A stretch of DNA of 25,674 nt from Vicinamibacterales bacterium (GTDB lineage: Bacteria > Acidobacteriota > Vicinamibacteria > Vicinamibacterales > 2-12-FULL-66-21). The stretch spans positions 1-25,674 of the forward strand of contig DASPFV010000150.1 in NCBI GenBank assembly GCA_035620975.1. Reading direction: 5' to 3'. How positions within the stretch are numbered: position 1 is the stretch's first letter; every line of letters starts with the position of its first letter. The notes below the pieces were generated by a model. The model made no database searches. It was given only the letters and a program-made list of their open reading frames with translations, and was not told the DNA's origin. A program made the translations under genes and the position numbers. This document shows positions 9,172 through 17,490 of this stretch, one piece after another.

Positions 9172-9636
9172 TCATTCGTCGTGAATCGTGAGCAGCTTGA
9201 CCAGCTCGAACCGCTTGCTGCCGAGCGGCGTCTGGACGGTGACCTCGTCCCCCTCTTCCTTGTTGATCAGCGCACGACCGATGGGGGACGCCGTCGAGAT
9301 CAGTCCGCTCTCGACGTCAGCGTCCTCCGGCATGACGAGCTGGTAGACGATCACTTGATCGGCTTCGCCCTTGAGGTGCACGGTGGAGCCGAACGCGGCG
9401 CGATCCTTCGGCAGCTTCTCCAGGTTCATCAGAGCGATTTCGCTGACGCGCTTTTTCAGGAGGCTGATCCGCGACTCGACCAGGCGCTGGCGCTCCTTGG
9501 CGGCATGGTACTCGGCGTTCTCGCGCAGGTCTCCCAGCTCTCGCGCGCGCCTGATCTCCTGCGGCAGCTCCTTCTTGAGCTCCTTCTCGAGCTGCTGGAT
9601 CTCGTCCTCGAATTTCTTCAGTATCTGCGCCTTCAT
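9172..9636 (-). CDS. greA: Transcription elongation factor GreA, 154 aa
   Basis: MKAQILKKFEDEIQQLEKELKKELPQEIRRARELGDLRENAEYHAAKE... is the canonical GreA N-terminal coiled-coil, followed by the FKBP-like C-terminal domain. An AGGA RBS lies upstream of the ATG at 9636. Confidence 0.9.
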   Translation of the reverse strand: MKAQILKKFEDEIQQLEKELKKELPQEIRRARELGDLRENAEYHAAKERQRLVESRISLLKKRVSEIALMNLEKLPKDRAAFGSTVHLKGEADQVIVYQLVMPEDADVESGLISTASPIGRALINKEEGDEVTVQTPLGSKRFELVKLLTIHDE

Positions 9637-9650
9637 CGCCGCTGATCCTA

Positions 9651-9780
9651 GCACGGCCGCGGACACACACGGCCACGGAAGAACACGGCCACGGAAGAAC
9701 ACGGCCACGGAAGAACACGGCCACGGAAGAACACGGAAGAACACGGCCACGGAAGAACACGGAAGAACACGGACATACAA
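9651..9780. repeat. Tandem array of the CACGG-motif repeat family: the 16-mer CACGGCCACGGAAGAA four times, then mixed 10-mer (CACGGAAGAA) and 16-mer units, ending ...CACGGACATACAAT
   Basis: Seen directly. The units abut one another with no unique spacers. The array lies in the divergent intergenic region between greA (-) and the trmH-family gene (+). Confidence 0.9.
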
Positions 9781-9781
9781 T
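9776..9781 (+). promoter_or_regulatory. Perfect -10-like hexamer TACAAT formed by the 3' terminus of the repeat array, 8 nt before the GTG start of the methyltransferase gene. Implies a leaderless or near-leaderless transcript.
   Basis: Seen directly. There is no obvious -35 element; the tandem repeats occupy the upstream region. Confidence 0.35.
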
Positions 9782-9789
9782 ACTCGTCT

Positions 9790-10584
9790 GTGGAGCGCGT
9801 CTCGAGCCGCCACAATCCTCTCGTCAGGGAGTTCCGCGCGCTGGCGCGCTCGGGCGGGCGGGACGGCCGCGTGCTGCTCGACGGCGAGCACCTGCTGACT
9901 GAAGCGCTCGCGAGCGGCGTGGACGTGGAGGTCGCGGCGGCGCTCGACGGAGCCCTGCCCGAGCGCATCGTGCAGGACCTTCGGTCGCACGGTACACGGG
10001 TCATCATCATCGCGCCGGCAGTCCTGGCCGCGGTGAGCCCCGTGCGCCAGCCGTCCGGCGTGGTCGCCATCGCGCGGCTTCGTTCCACCGCCCTGTCGGG
10101 CGTGATGGAGCGTCCCCCGCAGCTCGTGCTGCTGCTGGCCGGCGTTCAGGATCCCGGGAACGTCGGCGCGATCGTCCGCGCCGCCGAGGCCTGCGGGGCG
10201 ACGGGTGTGGTGTGTACGGCCGGCTCGGCCGATCCCTTCGGGTGGAAGGCCCTGCGGGGGTCGATGGGCAGCGCGCTGCGCGTGCCGATCGCGTCGAAGG
10301 CCTCCGCGGACGCAGCGCTCGAGACGGCGCGCGCGTACGGCCTGGCGCTCGTTGCAGCCGTCCCGCGGGGCGGGACGCCACTGCCCGTGTGCGACCTGCG
10401 GCCGCCGGCGATGATCCTCCTGGGCGGAGAGGGTCCGGGACTCACCGGAGCCGCCCTGCGAGCCGCGGATGCGCGTGTGACAGTTCCGATGCGCGCGCCG
10501 GTCGAATCCATGAACGTCGCGGCCGTGGCGGCCATCGTGCTCTACGAGGCGGCCCGCCAGCGCGCGGGCGAAGGGATCGCATGA
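9790..10584 (+). CDS. TrmH/SpoU-family RNA 2'-O-methyltransferase (RlmB-like), GTG start
   Basis: The SpoU_sub_bind-like N-terminus (SRHNPLVREFRAL) and SPOUT motifs (LLLAGVQDPGNVGAIVRAAEACGA; ILLGGEGPGL; ESMNVAAVAAIVLYE) are present. The stop overlaps the rarA start (ATGA). Confidence 0.85.
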   Translation: MERVSSRHNPLVREFRALARSGGRDGRVLLDGEHLLTEALASGVDVEVAAALDGALPERIVQDLRSHGTRVIIIAPAVLAAVSPVRQPSGVVAIARLRSTALSGVMERPPQLVLLLAGVQDPGNVGAIVRAAEACGATGVVCTAGSADPFGWKALRGSMGSALRVPIASKASADAALETARAYGLALVAAVPRGGTPLPVCDLRPPAMILLGGEGPGLTGAALRAADARVTVPMRAPVESMNVAAVAAIVLYEAARQRAGEGIA

Positions 10585-11867
10585 CGCTCTTCGACGACCC
10601 GGAACCCGGGGAGACGCCCGCGTCGGCGCCGCTCGCCGAGCGTATGCGCCCCCGCACCCTGGACGAGTTCGTCGGCCAGTCGCAGCTCGTGGGCCCCGGC
10701 CGACCGCTGCGTCAGGCCATCGAGCAGGATCGGCTGCAGTCGATCATCCTCTGGGGGCCGCCTGGCACCGGCAAGACGACGCTGGCCAGGGTGATTGCGC
10801 GCGTGACCAGGGCGCAGTTCATCGCGTTCAGCGCGGTCCTTTCGGGCATCAAGGAGATCCGCGCGGTCATGGCGGAAGCCGAGGAAGCCCGGCGACGCCG
10901 GGGACGGCGGACGATCCTCTTCGTCGACGAGATACACCGGTTCAACAAGGCGCAGCAGGACGCCTTCCTGCCGCGCGTCGAGGCCGGCGACATCGTCCTC
11001 ATCGGCGCGACGACGGAGAACCCCTCGTTCGAGGTCAACTCGGCCCTGCTCTCCCGATCCAAGGTCTACGTTCTCCAGCCGCTCGGGGCCGAGGCCATCG
11101 TAACCATCCTCGAACGCGCACTGGCGGACCACGAGCGCGGACTCGGGAGCACGGGCGCCGTCGCGACGCCTGAGGCGCTGGCGGCAATGGCGCGCTTCGC
11201 CAACGGGGACGCACGCATTGCCCTCAACCTGCTGGAGATGGCGGCCGCGGCGGTCGGCCGCGGCACGATCGAGGCTCCGCTCGTCGCCGAGATCGCGCAG
11301 AGCCGCGCGCTGCTGTACGACAAGACGGGTGAAGAGCACTACAACCTGATCTCGGCGCTGCACAAGTCCATGCGCAACAGCGACCCCGATGCGTCGGTGT
11401 ACTGGCTCGCGCGGATGCTCGAAGCGGGCGAGGACCCCCTCTACGTGGCGCGGCGCCTGGTCCGGTTCGCATCCGAGGACATCGGCAATGCCGATCCTCG
11501 CGCGCTGTCGGTGGCCGTGGCCGCGAAGGATGCCGTGCACTTCATCGGCATGCCGGAAGGCAACACGGCACTGGCCCAGGCCGCCATCTACCTGGCGACG
11601 GCCCCCAAGAGCAACGCCGTGTACAAGGCGTATCTCGAAGCGGCCGAAGCCGCGGCCACGGAAGTCGCCGAGCCGGTGCCCCTCCACCTCCGGAACGCGC
11701 CTACTCGCCTGATGAAGGAACTGGACTACGGCAAGGGCTACAGGTATGCGCACGACGAGCCCGGCGGGGTCGCCGACATGGAGTGCCTGCCGCCGGCGCA
11801 CCGGGGACGCCGGTTCTACAAACCCACCGAGAGGGGCTACGAGGGAAAGCTGAAACGAGACGCCTAG
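10581..11867 (+). CDS. rarA: Replication-associated recombination protein A (RarA/MgsA), AAA+ ATPase
   Basis: MTLFDDPE...PLAERMRPRTLDEFVGQ..., Walker A GPPGTGKTTLA, Walker B ILFVDEIHRFNK and the MgsA C-terminal helical domain are all present. Confidence 0.9.
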   Translation: MTLFDDPEPGETPASAPLAERMRPRTLDEFVGQSQLVGPGRPLRQAIEQDRLQSIILWGPPGTGKTTLARVIARVTRAQFIAFSAVLSGIKEIRAVMAEAEEARRRRGRRTILFVDEIHRFNKAQQDAFLPRVEAGDIVLIGATTENPSFEVNSALLSRSKVYVLQPLGAEAIVTILERALADHERGLGSTGAVATPEALAAMARFANGDARIALNLLEMAAAAVGRGTIEAPLVAEIAQSRALLYDKTGEEHYNLISALHKSMRNSDPDASVYWLARMLEAGEDPLYVARRLVRFASEDIGNADPRALSVAVAAKDAVHFIGMPEGNTALAQAAIYLATAPKSNAVYKAYLEAAEAAATEVAEPVPLHLRNAPTRLMKELDYGKGYRYAHDEPGGVADMECLPPAHRGRRFYKPTERGYEGKLKRDA

Positions 11868-11875
11868 CAGGAGGC

Positions 11876-11897
11876 AGCGTCGGCAGACTGCCAGCGC
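11876..11897. terminator. GC-rich imperfect hairpin GGCAGCGTCGGCAGACTGCC between the convergent rarA and protease genes. Possible bidirectional terminator with no U-tract.
   Basis: Inverted repeat read from the sequence. Weak. Confidence 0.2.
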
Positions 11898-11905
11898 GGA
11901 GGCGG

Positions 11906-12784
11906 CTACTGTTTCAGGTGCTCGACCTTCCGGAACATCTCGGGCCTGAGCGGCAGGATGAACGAGAAGCGGTAATCCCCCTGCATCCGGCCGATGGGAA
12001 TGCCCACGAGCTCGCCTTCGCGGTTCAGGACGCCGCCGCCGGACACGCCCGGGTGTCCGTCAGTGAGGCACGTCACCAGCTTGTTCGATGTCTTCTGGCC
12101 CACGTAGCCGGTCGACAGGATGATGCCCTTCGAGTAGTCGTTGCCCAGCCGGAAGATGGGATCGGCGAAATCAAAGCCGTACGCCAGATTGGTGTTCAGG
12201 GCCGGCAGATCGATCGGCTCCTTCACCTTCACGATCGCCCAGTCACCCGGATCGACTTCGACCCTGGCGTCGCCGGCGTCGACGACGCGCGCGTTCAGGA
12301 GGCGGCCCCCGTACATCAGTTTCACCGAGACTATCCGGCGGGGGTCCGTGAGGCCGTCCTGGCCGAGCGCGACCACGCCGTGCTTGACGGTGATGAAGTA
12401 GCCGGCGCCGAGGTAACCCGCCGTGCCGTAGCTGCTCGAGCCACGGTCATCGTAGGAGTACAGCTCGACGAAGCTCTCGCGCCGCTCCCGAAGGAGGTTG
12501 AGCGGCAGGAGGCCCATCTCGTCCTGCAGCTGGCGTTTGATGTCGGCCACGAGCGCGGCGCGGTTGGCGTCGGCGACGGCGACGGCCGGCGGAGGCGTGT
12601 CCGTGTGGCCGGCGGTTCCCGTGCTGTCCGCCTGCCGCCGCTTCAGCAGAGCAATCTCGGCGCGGAGGGCGGCCAGCTGCTGATCGCTGTCGGCATTGCG
12701 GGCGCCGAGAAAATTCCCCAGGCCAAAGAAGACCAGCGCACAGACCGTGGCGATGACTGCAGGAACGGCGCGACGAGTAGACAT
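11906..12784 (-). CDS. Membrane-anchored trypsin-like (S1/chymotrypsin family) serine protease: N-terminal TM helix, a coiled-coil segment and a protease domain
   Basis: The active-site Ser motif is CLTDGHPGVSGGGVLNREGELVGIP, where GDSGG is replaced by GVSGGG. A GGAG RBS lies 8 nt upstream of the ATG at 12784. Confidence 0.75.
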   Translation of the reverse strand: MSTRRAVPAVIATVCALVFFGLGNFLGARNADSDQQLAALRAEIALLKRRQADSTGTAGHTDTPPPAVAVADANRAALVADIKRQLQDEMGLLPLNLLRERRESFVELYSYDDRGSSSYGTAGYLGAGYFITVKHGVVALGQDGLTDPRRIVSVKLMYGGRLLNARVVDAGDARVEVDPGDWAIVKVKEPIDLPALNTNLAYGFDFADPIFRLGNDYSKGIILSTGYVGQKTSNKLVTCLTDGHPGVSGGGVLNREGELVGIPIGRMQGDYRFSFILPLRPEMFRKVEHLKQ

Positions 12785-12910
12785 GGCGACTCCAAGTTCG
12801 GCAGCTAAACCACCCCGCGCGAGCGGGGCTTACAGCTTTGCGCACCCCCGATGAGGGGGTTGCCTTTTCGCTTGGAAAAAGTTACAGGCCCGAGTTGCTG
12901 GGATAGAAAA

Positions 12911-12939
12911 ATTGTAGGGAGCAGCCCTGAAAGAGTCAA
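12911..12939 (-). promoter_or_regulatory. Sigma70-type promoter on the minus strand: -35 TTGACT (12939-12934), 17-bp spacer, -10 TACAAT (12916-12911). It drives the serine protease gene through a ~120-nt leader.
   Basis: Consensus-quality hexamers with ideal spacing, seen directly in the AT-richer intergenic region 12785-13026. Confidence 0.5.
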
Positions 12940-13026
12940 GGGTAAATCTTGCGCGGTCAGCCGGTTATGGATGAGTTCGCGGCCCTGCACGCCGGTGCGT
13001 GCCCGTGCGCCGGCCCCTCCCGTGCG

Positions 13027-14601
13027 CTAGTCGTTTCGAGGGTTCCCCTCCGGAATGCCGGCCGGCGAGCCGGCCACGGAGCCCGCCGCGCCGACGCCCA
13101 GCTGCTGCATGACGGCCGGCAGATTCAGGCCGAGCGCCTCGAGCTGCTGCAGCAGGCTGAACACCACCGCGGGGCCGGTCTTGGCGATGCGGCCGAGGCC
13201 GCTGCTCCCGCCCTCGCCGTTGCCGGAGCCCTGGTCGATCACGACGAGCTTGTCGATGTTACCGAGCGGGGCGGACACCGCGCCGAAGATGCCCGTGGAC
13301 GCCTGGAGGATCGCGGGCAGCTTCTCGAGGATCGTCTGGAGCCGGGCGGCTTCGTTGAACTGCTGCCAGGCTTCGGCCTTCCGCAGGATGGCGGCCGCCT
13401 CGGCGATCCCCTGCGCCTCGATCGCCTTGGCCTGCGCCAGACCGATGGCCTCGATCTTGGCGGCCTCGGCCCTCCCTTCGGCCTCGACCGCCGCGGCGCG
13501 ACCGACCCCTTCCTTCCGCAGCTTCTCCTGTTCGGCCTCGGCGAGCGCGATGAGCGCGGAGCGCCGGCCCTCAGCTTCGAGGATGGCGGCCTGCTTGGCA
13601 GCCTCCGCGCGGACGACGGCCGCCTGACGGTCGGCCTCGGCGGGCTTGATGACGGTGGCCTCCAGCTCTTTCTGCTTGCGCAGGACCTCCTGCTCCTGGA
13701 CCGAGATGAGCTCCTGCGTGCGCGTCCGTTCGATCTTCACTTCCTCGGCCACGACGAGCTGGCGCGCGCTGGCCTCCGAGAGCGGACCCGCCTGCTCCGC
13801 CTTGGCCTTCTGGGTCTCGATCTCGGCCTGATACTGCGCCTGGCGGATCATGAAGTCGCGCTGCGCCTGCGCTATTTCGGCGTCGGCCTGGAACTTCGCG
13901 CGCTCCCCGTCCTGCAGCGCGAGCGACGACTTGATCTTGGCGTCGCGCGTCGCCTCGGCTTCGCCGATGGCGGCATCGCGCTTCACCTCGGCCGTCCGCT
14001 TCTTCCCGAGCGCGTTCAGATACTCCTCGTCGTCGCTGATCTCCTGGATGGTGAGCACGTCGACGCCGAGCCCCATCTTCTCGAGGTCCGCTGCCGCCTC
14101 GCTCGTGAGCTTCTGCGCGAAGCTCTGACGATCGCTGTTCACCTCTTCCACCGTCAGCGTCCCGAGGATCGAGCGCAGGTGCCCTTCGAGCGTCTGGAAG
14201 ATGACCTTCTGCACCTCGACGTGCGTCATGCCGAGGAAACGCTCGGCGGCAGCCTGGAGCGAGGTCTCGTCTCCGCGGATCTTCACGTTGGCGACGGCCT
14301 TGACCGAGACGGGCACGCCCTTGAGCGTGTACGCCCGCCGGATCTCGAGCGGGATCGTCATCACGTTCAGGTGGAGGTACTCGACCTTCTCGAGGAGCGG
14401 AATCCGCAGCGCCGCGCCCCCACGGACCATCCGGTACCCGACCGTCCGGCCGTCGGGCAGCTTGCGGCGGCGTCCGCTCAGAACGGCCACGGCGTTCGGA
14501 GAGACCTTGATGTAGTTGCGGCTGATGAGGACGAAGCCGGCGAAGAGCGCGATCGCCACACCGAGAGCGATCGCGGGGATAGTGAGGAATTCGAGTTCCA
14601 T
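13027..14601 (-). CDS. floT: Flotillin-family protein (SPFH/band-7 domain, FloT/YuaG-like), 524 aa
   Basis: An N-terminal membrane anchor and SPFH domain are followed by a long A/E/Q-rich coiled-coil (flotillin domain) with repeated AEAEAA segments. A GAGG RBS sits upstream of the ATG at 14601. Confidence 0.85.
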   Translation of the reverse strand: MELEFLTIPAIALGVAIALFAGFVLISRNYIKVSPNAVAVLSGRRRKLPDGRTVGYRMVRGGAALRIPLLEKVEYLHLNVMTIPLEIRRAYTLKGVPVSVKAVANVKIRGDETSLQAAAERFLGMTHVEVQKVIFQTLEGHLRSILGTLTVEEVNSDRQSFAQKLTSEAAADLEKMGLGVDVLTIQEISDDEEYLNALGKKRTAEVKRDAAIGEAEATRDAKIKSSLALQDGERAKFQADAEIAQAQRDFMIRQAQYQAEIETQKAKAEQAGPLSEASARQLVVAEEVKIERTRTQELISVQEQEVLRKQKELEATVIKPAEADRQAAVVRAEAAKQAAILEAEGRRSALIALAEAEQEKLRKEGVGRAAAVEAEGRAEAAKIEAIGLAQAKAIEAQGIAEAAAILRKAEAWQQFNEAARLQTILEKLPAILQASTGIFGAVSAPLGNIDKLVVIDQGSGNGEGGSSGLGRIAKTGPAVVFSLLQQLEALGLNLPAVMQQLGVGAAGSVAGSPAGIPEGNPRND

Positions 14602-14613
14602 GGGGACCTCGGA

Positions 14614-15153
14614 CTAGTGTCTCCTGACGACGACGACCTCCCCGAGCACCTCCTCGACCCTGACAGAAGCGTGCTCGGGGATCGTCTGCCCATCGTGGGC
14701 ACGGGCAATCTTGTCGATCAGCTCCTCGCCGAGGCGACAGCGAACCTGGCCGACGCCATCGGCGGGAATCGTCACGATCACGCGGGCCGTCTGCCCGACG
14801 AGCTCCGCGGCCCGCACTTCAGAGCTCGCCTGCTGACCATAGAGGAACCGCGCGAACGCGTAGACGGCGCTGCCGAACGCGAGGCCGCTCGCGAAACCGA
14901 CTCCGGAGGCCGGCAGGGGCGAGAGCCCGTAGTGCGTGGCTATCGCACCGAACCCGCCGAACGCCGTGATGAACACGCTGATCACCCGCGAGCTGAAGAA
15001 GCCCGGCCCGCCGTGATCCAGGTCGTGGTCGAGGCTCGCATCGAAGAAATCGAAGATGCCTCCGAACACGAGCGAAATCAGGAGCAGGGCGAACCCAAGA
15101 CCGCCAATCACGAGGAAGACCGTGAAGGCGCTCAGCGAGGAGAGGAATGCCAT
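14614..15153 (-). CDS. nfeD: NfeD-family membrane protein (flotillin partner), 179 aa
   Basis: The N-terminal half is polytopic and hydrophobic; the C-terminal half is an OB-fold-like soluble domain. The gene sits 12 nt upstream of the flotillin gene, the classic nfeD-floT arrangement. Confidence 0.8.
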   Translation of the reverse strand: MAFLSSLSAFTVFLVIGGLGFALLLISLVFGGIFDFFDASLDHDLDHGGPGFFSSRVISVFITAFGGFGAIATHYGLSPLPASGVGFASGLAFGSAVYAFARFLYGQQASSEVRAAELVGQTARVIVTIPADGVGQVRCRLGEELIDKIARAHDGQTIPEHASVRVEEVLGEVVVVRRH

Positions 15154-15177
15154 TCCACCGGTTCAGGGAGTGTGCTC

Positions 15178-15206
15178 ACTCTAGGGAACACTCCGACGGA
15201 AGTCAA
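15178..15206 (-). promoter_or_regulatory. Sigma70-type promoter for the nfeD-flotillin operon: -35 TTGACT (15206-15201), 17-bp spacer, -10 TAGAGT (15183-15178). The inverted repeat GGGAGTGT...ACACTCC (15166-15193) overlaps the -10 region.
   Basis: Seen directly on the reverse complement of 15154-15247. Confidence 0.45.
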
Positions 15207-15247
15207 ATGCCGCATGGCCTTCCGCAACCGGCGGCTCGGAATCCGCC

Positions 15248-17413
15248 CTACTTCGCGAGCGGGTCCGGCCGGAGCTGGACCTTCATCACCTTGGGCGGCG
15301 TGCCCTTGCCCCCTTCCATATGGAACGGCGTACGCGTGCTCACGGTCGTCCACAGGCCGCGGCCCTTCCAGCCCGCCTTCGGGTCGTCGATGCGGCCGTC
15401 GAGCCATTTGGTGTAGTAGCCCATCGGGTACGGCACGCGCAGCACGACCCACGCACCGTCCTTCAGCACGAGCAGGCCTTCGGACGCATTCCCGGTGTTG
15501 ATCGGCACGTTGCGCCCGAGCCCCAGCGTGTCGAACTGGTCGACCCACGTGTAGTAGCTCGCCTCCGCGCTCCCCGGATCGGTCACGCCCTTCAATTGCG
15601 GGAGCGGCTCCTGATAGAGGGTCCACCCTTCGGGGCAGTGCTGGCCCGTCGCCTTCGGCCCGTTCAGCGGACCCTTGCACTTGCGGCGGTCGAAGCTCGC
15701 CAGGTGGCCGCTCGCGAGTGCCACCCAGGCTACGCCATCGCGATCGATGTCCATTCCGCGCGGCGAGAAGCCCTGGACTCGCGCGCCCGGATTGTTGAAC
15801 GGCGGCTCGTATACTTCGACGAGTGTCGTCTCCGGCGGGTTCGCGCCCGGCACCAGGCGCACGACCGCACCGGGGAAGCCCAGTACCGATCCCCAGACCG
15901 ACCCGTCGGGTGCTGGTGACACGGCGTAGAATCCTGCGCCGTACCGCTTGTCCTTTGCCGGATCGACGGGCTGGTCCGGCTCCACGTAGGCGTCACGCTT
16001 ACCGTTCCCGTTGGTATCGATGACGAGCGCCGTCCATCCCTGCGACTTCTCCTCGTCGCCGGTCTCGTCGAACATTCTCGTGTTCAGCCAGCCCACGACC
16101 TGTTGCCCGCCGCTCGTCCAGAGCGTGTGGTTCGCGTCCTCGGCAAACATGAGGTGATGCGTGCTGAAGCATGTGCTGATGTGGGTCAGCTTCTGCGTCT
16201 TCGGGTCGTAGACGGCGAGGTGGCGGCCGGCTCTCGCCAGCGGATAGAGCTGCGCCGACGGGTGTGCCGACCCTGCCTTGCAGAAATCCGGGTTGTCGGG
16301 AGGCCTGACCGTGGAGGTGATCCAGACGCGGCCCAGATGATCCAGCATCGGGTTGTGCACGTTGTTCTTGCTCGTCCAGATCACTTCCGCGCCCCAATAC
16401 GGCGATGGCTGCACCATCAGGGGCGAGGTGGGTGCGGTCGCTGGATCGCGGACCGTCAAGGGCACCCTGCCTGCTCGGTGTTGCACGGGGTCGAGCACGG
16501 GCAGGTAGTCGGCGCTCAGCTCGAGCGCGCCGTAGAGTGGGCCATCGGCGTTCAGGGTCGGGTTCCGCCGATCGGTCGAAACCAGGTCGTGGAGATAATG
16601 CCGGGGATCCGCCCAGTCCCAGATGGTGATGACGACGTTCCGCTCCAGTCCCTGCGGGCGCGGCGGCGCTGGCGGCACTTCTCCGGCGGCGATGCGGTCG
16701 GTCCAGTCAGCGAACATCGCCAGCGCGCGGTCGCGGCCGAGCGAGTTCAGCCCGTTGATCATCTGGGCGCCGGCCTGGCCGGACTGCAGGCGCCGCTCCC
16801 AGGCTGCCGTCGACGACGGGAAGACCCCCAGCTCCTTCGGAATCTCCCGCGTGCCTTTGGTACCCAGTCCATGGCACGCGGTGCACTGTCCCGACTTCAG
16901 CAACCGGAGCCACTCCGCCTGCGTCTTCAGATTGGGCGAGACGCCGTTCTCGGCCGTCCCCGGGAACTCGCTCTTGTCGGGCACGCGCATCAGCGAGAAC
17001 CAGTAGCCGGACGGATAGTACTCCGCCGCCGCACGCGGCGACGGCGCCGGGACGGCCTTCAGATCGAGGCTGCGTCCTGGCTGGACCTTCTGCCTGGGCG
17101 AATCCACGAGGCCGTAACCGCGTACCCACACCTCATAGCTGGCCTTCGGGAGGTCCGGAACCAGGTACCGGCCGCGATCATCGGTCACCACGATCCGCGC
17201 GAACTTCGTCGGCAGATCCGTGGTCTCCGCGATCACCCACACGCCGGCTTCCGGTCCTTGTGGACCGGAGACGACGCCGGTGATGTCGTCCGGGTCGACT
17301 GGAACCTGAGCCCCGGATCCCTGTCCGCGGAGCGCCGTTCCCGAGATCATCAGGCCTCCGCCGCAGGCTGCTGCCACGAGCGCCGCCGTTGCCATCCTGG
17401 TCATTCGACGCAT
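15248..17413 (-). CDS. Secreted 722-aa protein with an N-terminal CarboxypepD_reg-like domain and a single CXXCH heme-binding motif (c-type cytochrome-like), followed by a large uncharacterised domain
   Basis: A signal peptide MRRMTRMATAALVAAACGGG is present. The CarboxypepD_reg-like stretch is VVTDDRGRYLVPDLPKASYEVWVRGYG, and the CXXCH motif is KSGQCTACHGLG. A strong GGAGGGAAG RBS sits upstream of the ATG at 17413. The ORF-track N-terminal extension, 17414..17527, runs through the repeat element and was rejected. Confidence 0.7.
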   Translation of the reverse strand: MRRMTRMATAALVAAACGGGLMISGTALRGQGSGAQVPVDPDDITGVVSGPQGPEAGVWVIAETTDLPTKFARIVVTDDRGRYLVPDLPKASYEVWVRGYGLVDSPRQKVQPGRSLDLKAVPAPSPRAAAEYYPSGYWFSLMRVPDKSEFPGTAENGVSPNLKTQAEWLRLLKSGQCTACHGLGTKGTREIPKELGVFPSSTAAWERRLQSGQAGAQMINGLNSLGRDRALAMFADWTDRIAAGEVPPAPPRPQGLERNVVITIWDWADPRHYLHDLVSTDRRNPTLNADGPLYGALELSADYLPVLDPVQHRAGRVPLTVRDPATAPTSPLMVQPSPYWGAEVIWTSKNNVHNPMLDHLGRVWITSTVRPPDNPDFCKAGSAHPSAQLYPLARAGRHLAVYDPKTQKLTHISTCFSTHHLMFAEDANHTLWTSGGQQVVGWLNTRMFDETGDEEKSQGWTALVIDTNGNGKRDAYVEPDQPVDPAKDKRYGAGFYAVSPAPDGSVWGSVLGFPGAVVRLVPGANPPETTLVEVYEPPFNNPGARVQGFSPRGMDIDRDGVAWVALASGHLASFDRRKCKGPLNGPKATGQHCPEGWTLYQEPLPQLKGVTDPGSAEASYYTWVDQFDTLGLGRNVPINTGNASEGLLVLKDGAWVVLRVPYPMGYYTKWLDGRIDDPKAGWKGRGLWTTVSTRTPFHMEGGKGTPPKVMKVQLRPDPLAK

Positions 17414-17427
17414 CGGCTTCCCTCCGC

Positions 17428-17490
17428 CACGGAAGAACACGGACGAACACGGTGCCACGGAAAAACACGGACAAACACTGACAGATACAA
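17428..17490. repeat. Forward-orientation copy of the CACGG-motif repeat, CCACGGAAGAACACGGACGAACACGGTGCCACGGAAAAACACGGACAAACACTGACAGATACAA. It directly abuts the RBS of the cytochrome-like gene.
   Basis: Seen directly. Its terminus ...CACGGACA.ACA...ATACAA is shared with the array at 9651-9780. Confidence 0.85.

Noticed and set aside
9651-9780. CRISPR array
   Set aside because: The repeat units of 10-16 bp abut each other directly with no unique spacers. The 30-bp units at 17616-17734 have an identical 9-bp linker each time. This is a satellite-like tandem repeat, not repeat-spacer architecture, and there are no cas genes.
9317-10088. Small ORFs translating the tandem repeats into repetitive peptides (VFFRGRVLPWPCSSVA...). 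The same applies at 3780..4040, 17568..17849 and 17632..17832.
   Set aside because: The periodic peptide is just the DNA repeat read in frame. The ORFs overlap real genes or have no RBS, and the repeats occur in both orientations, so the same peptide would not be conserved.
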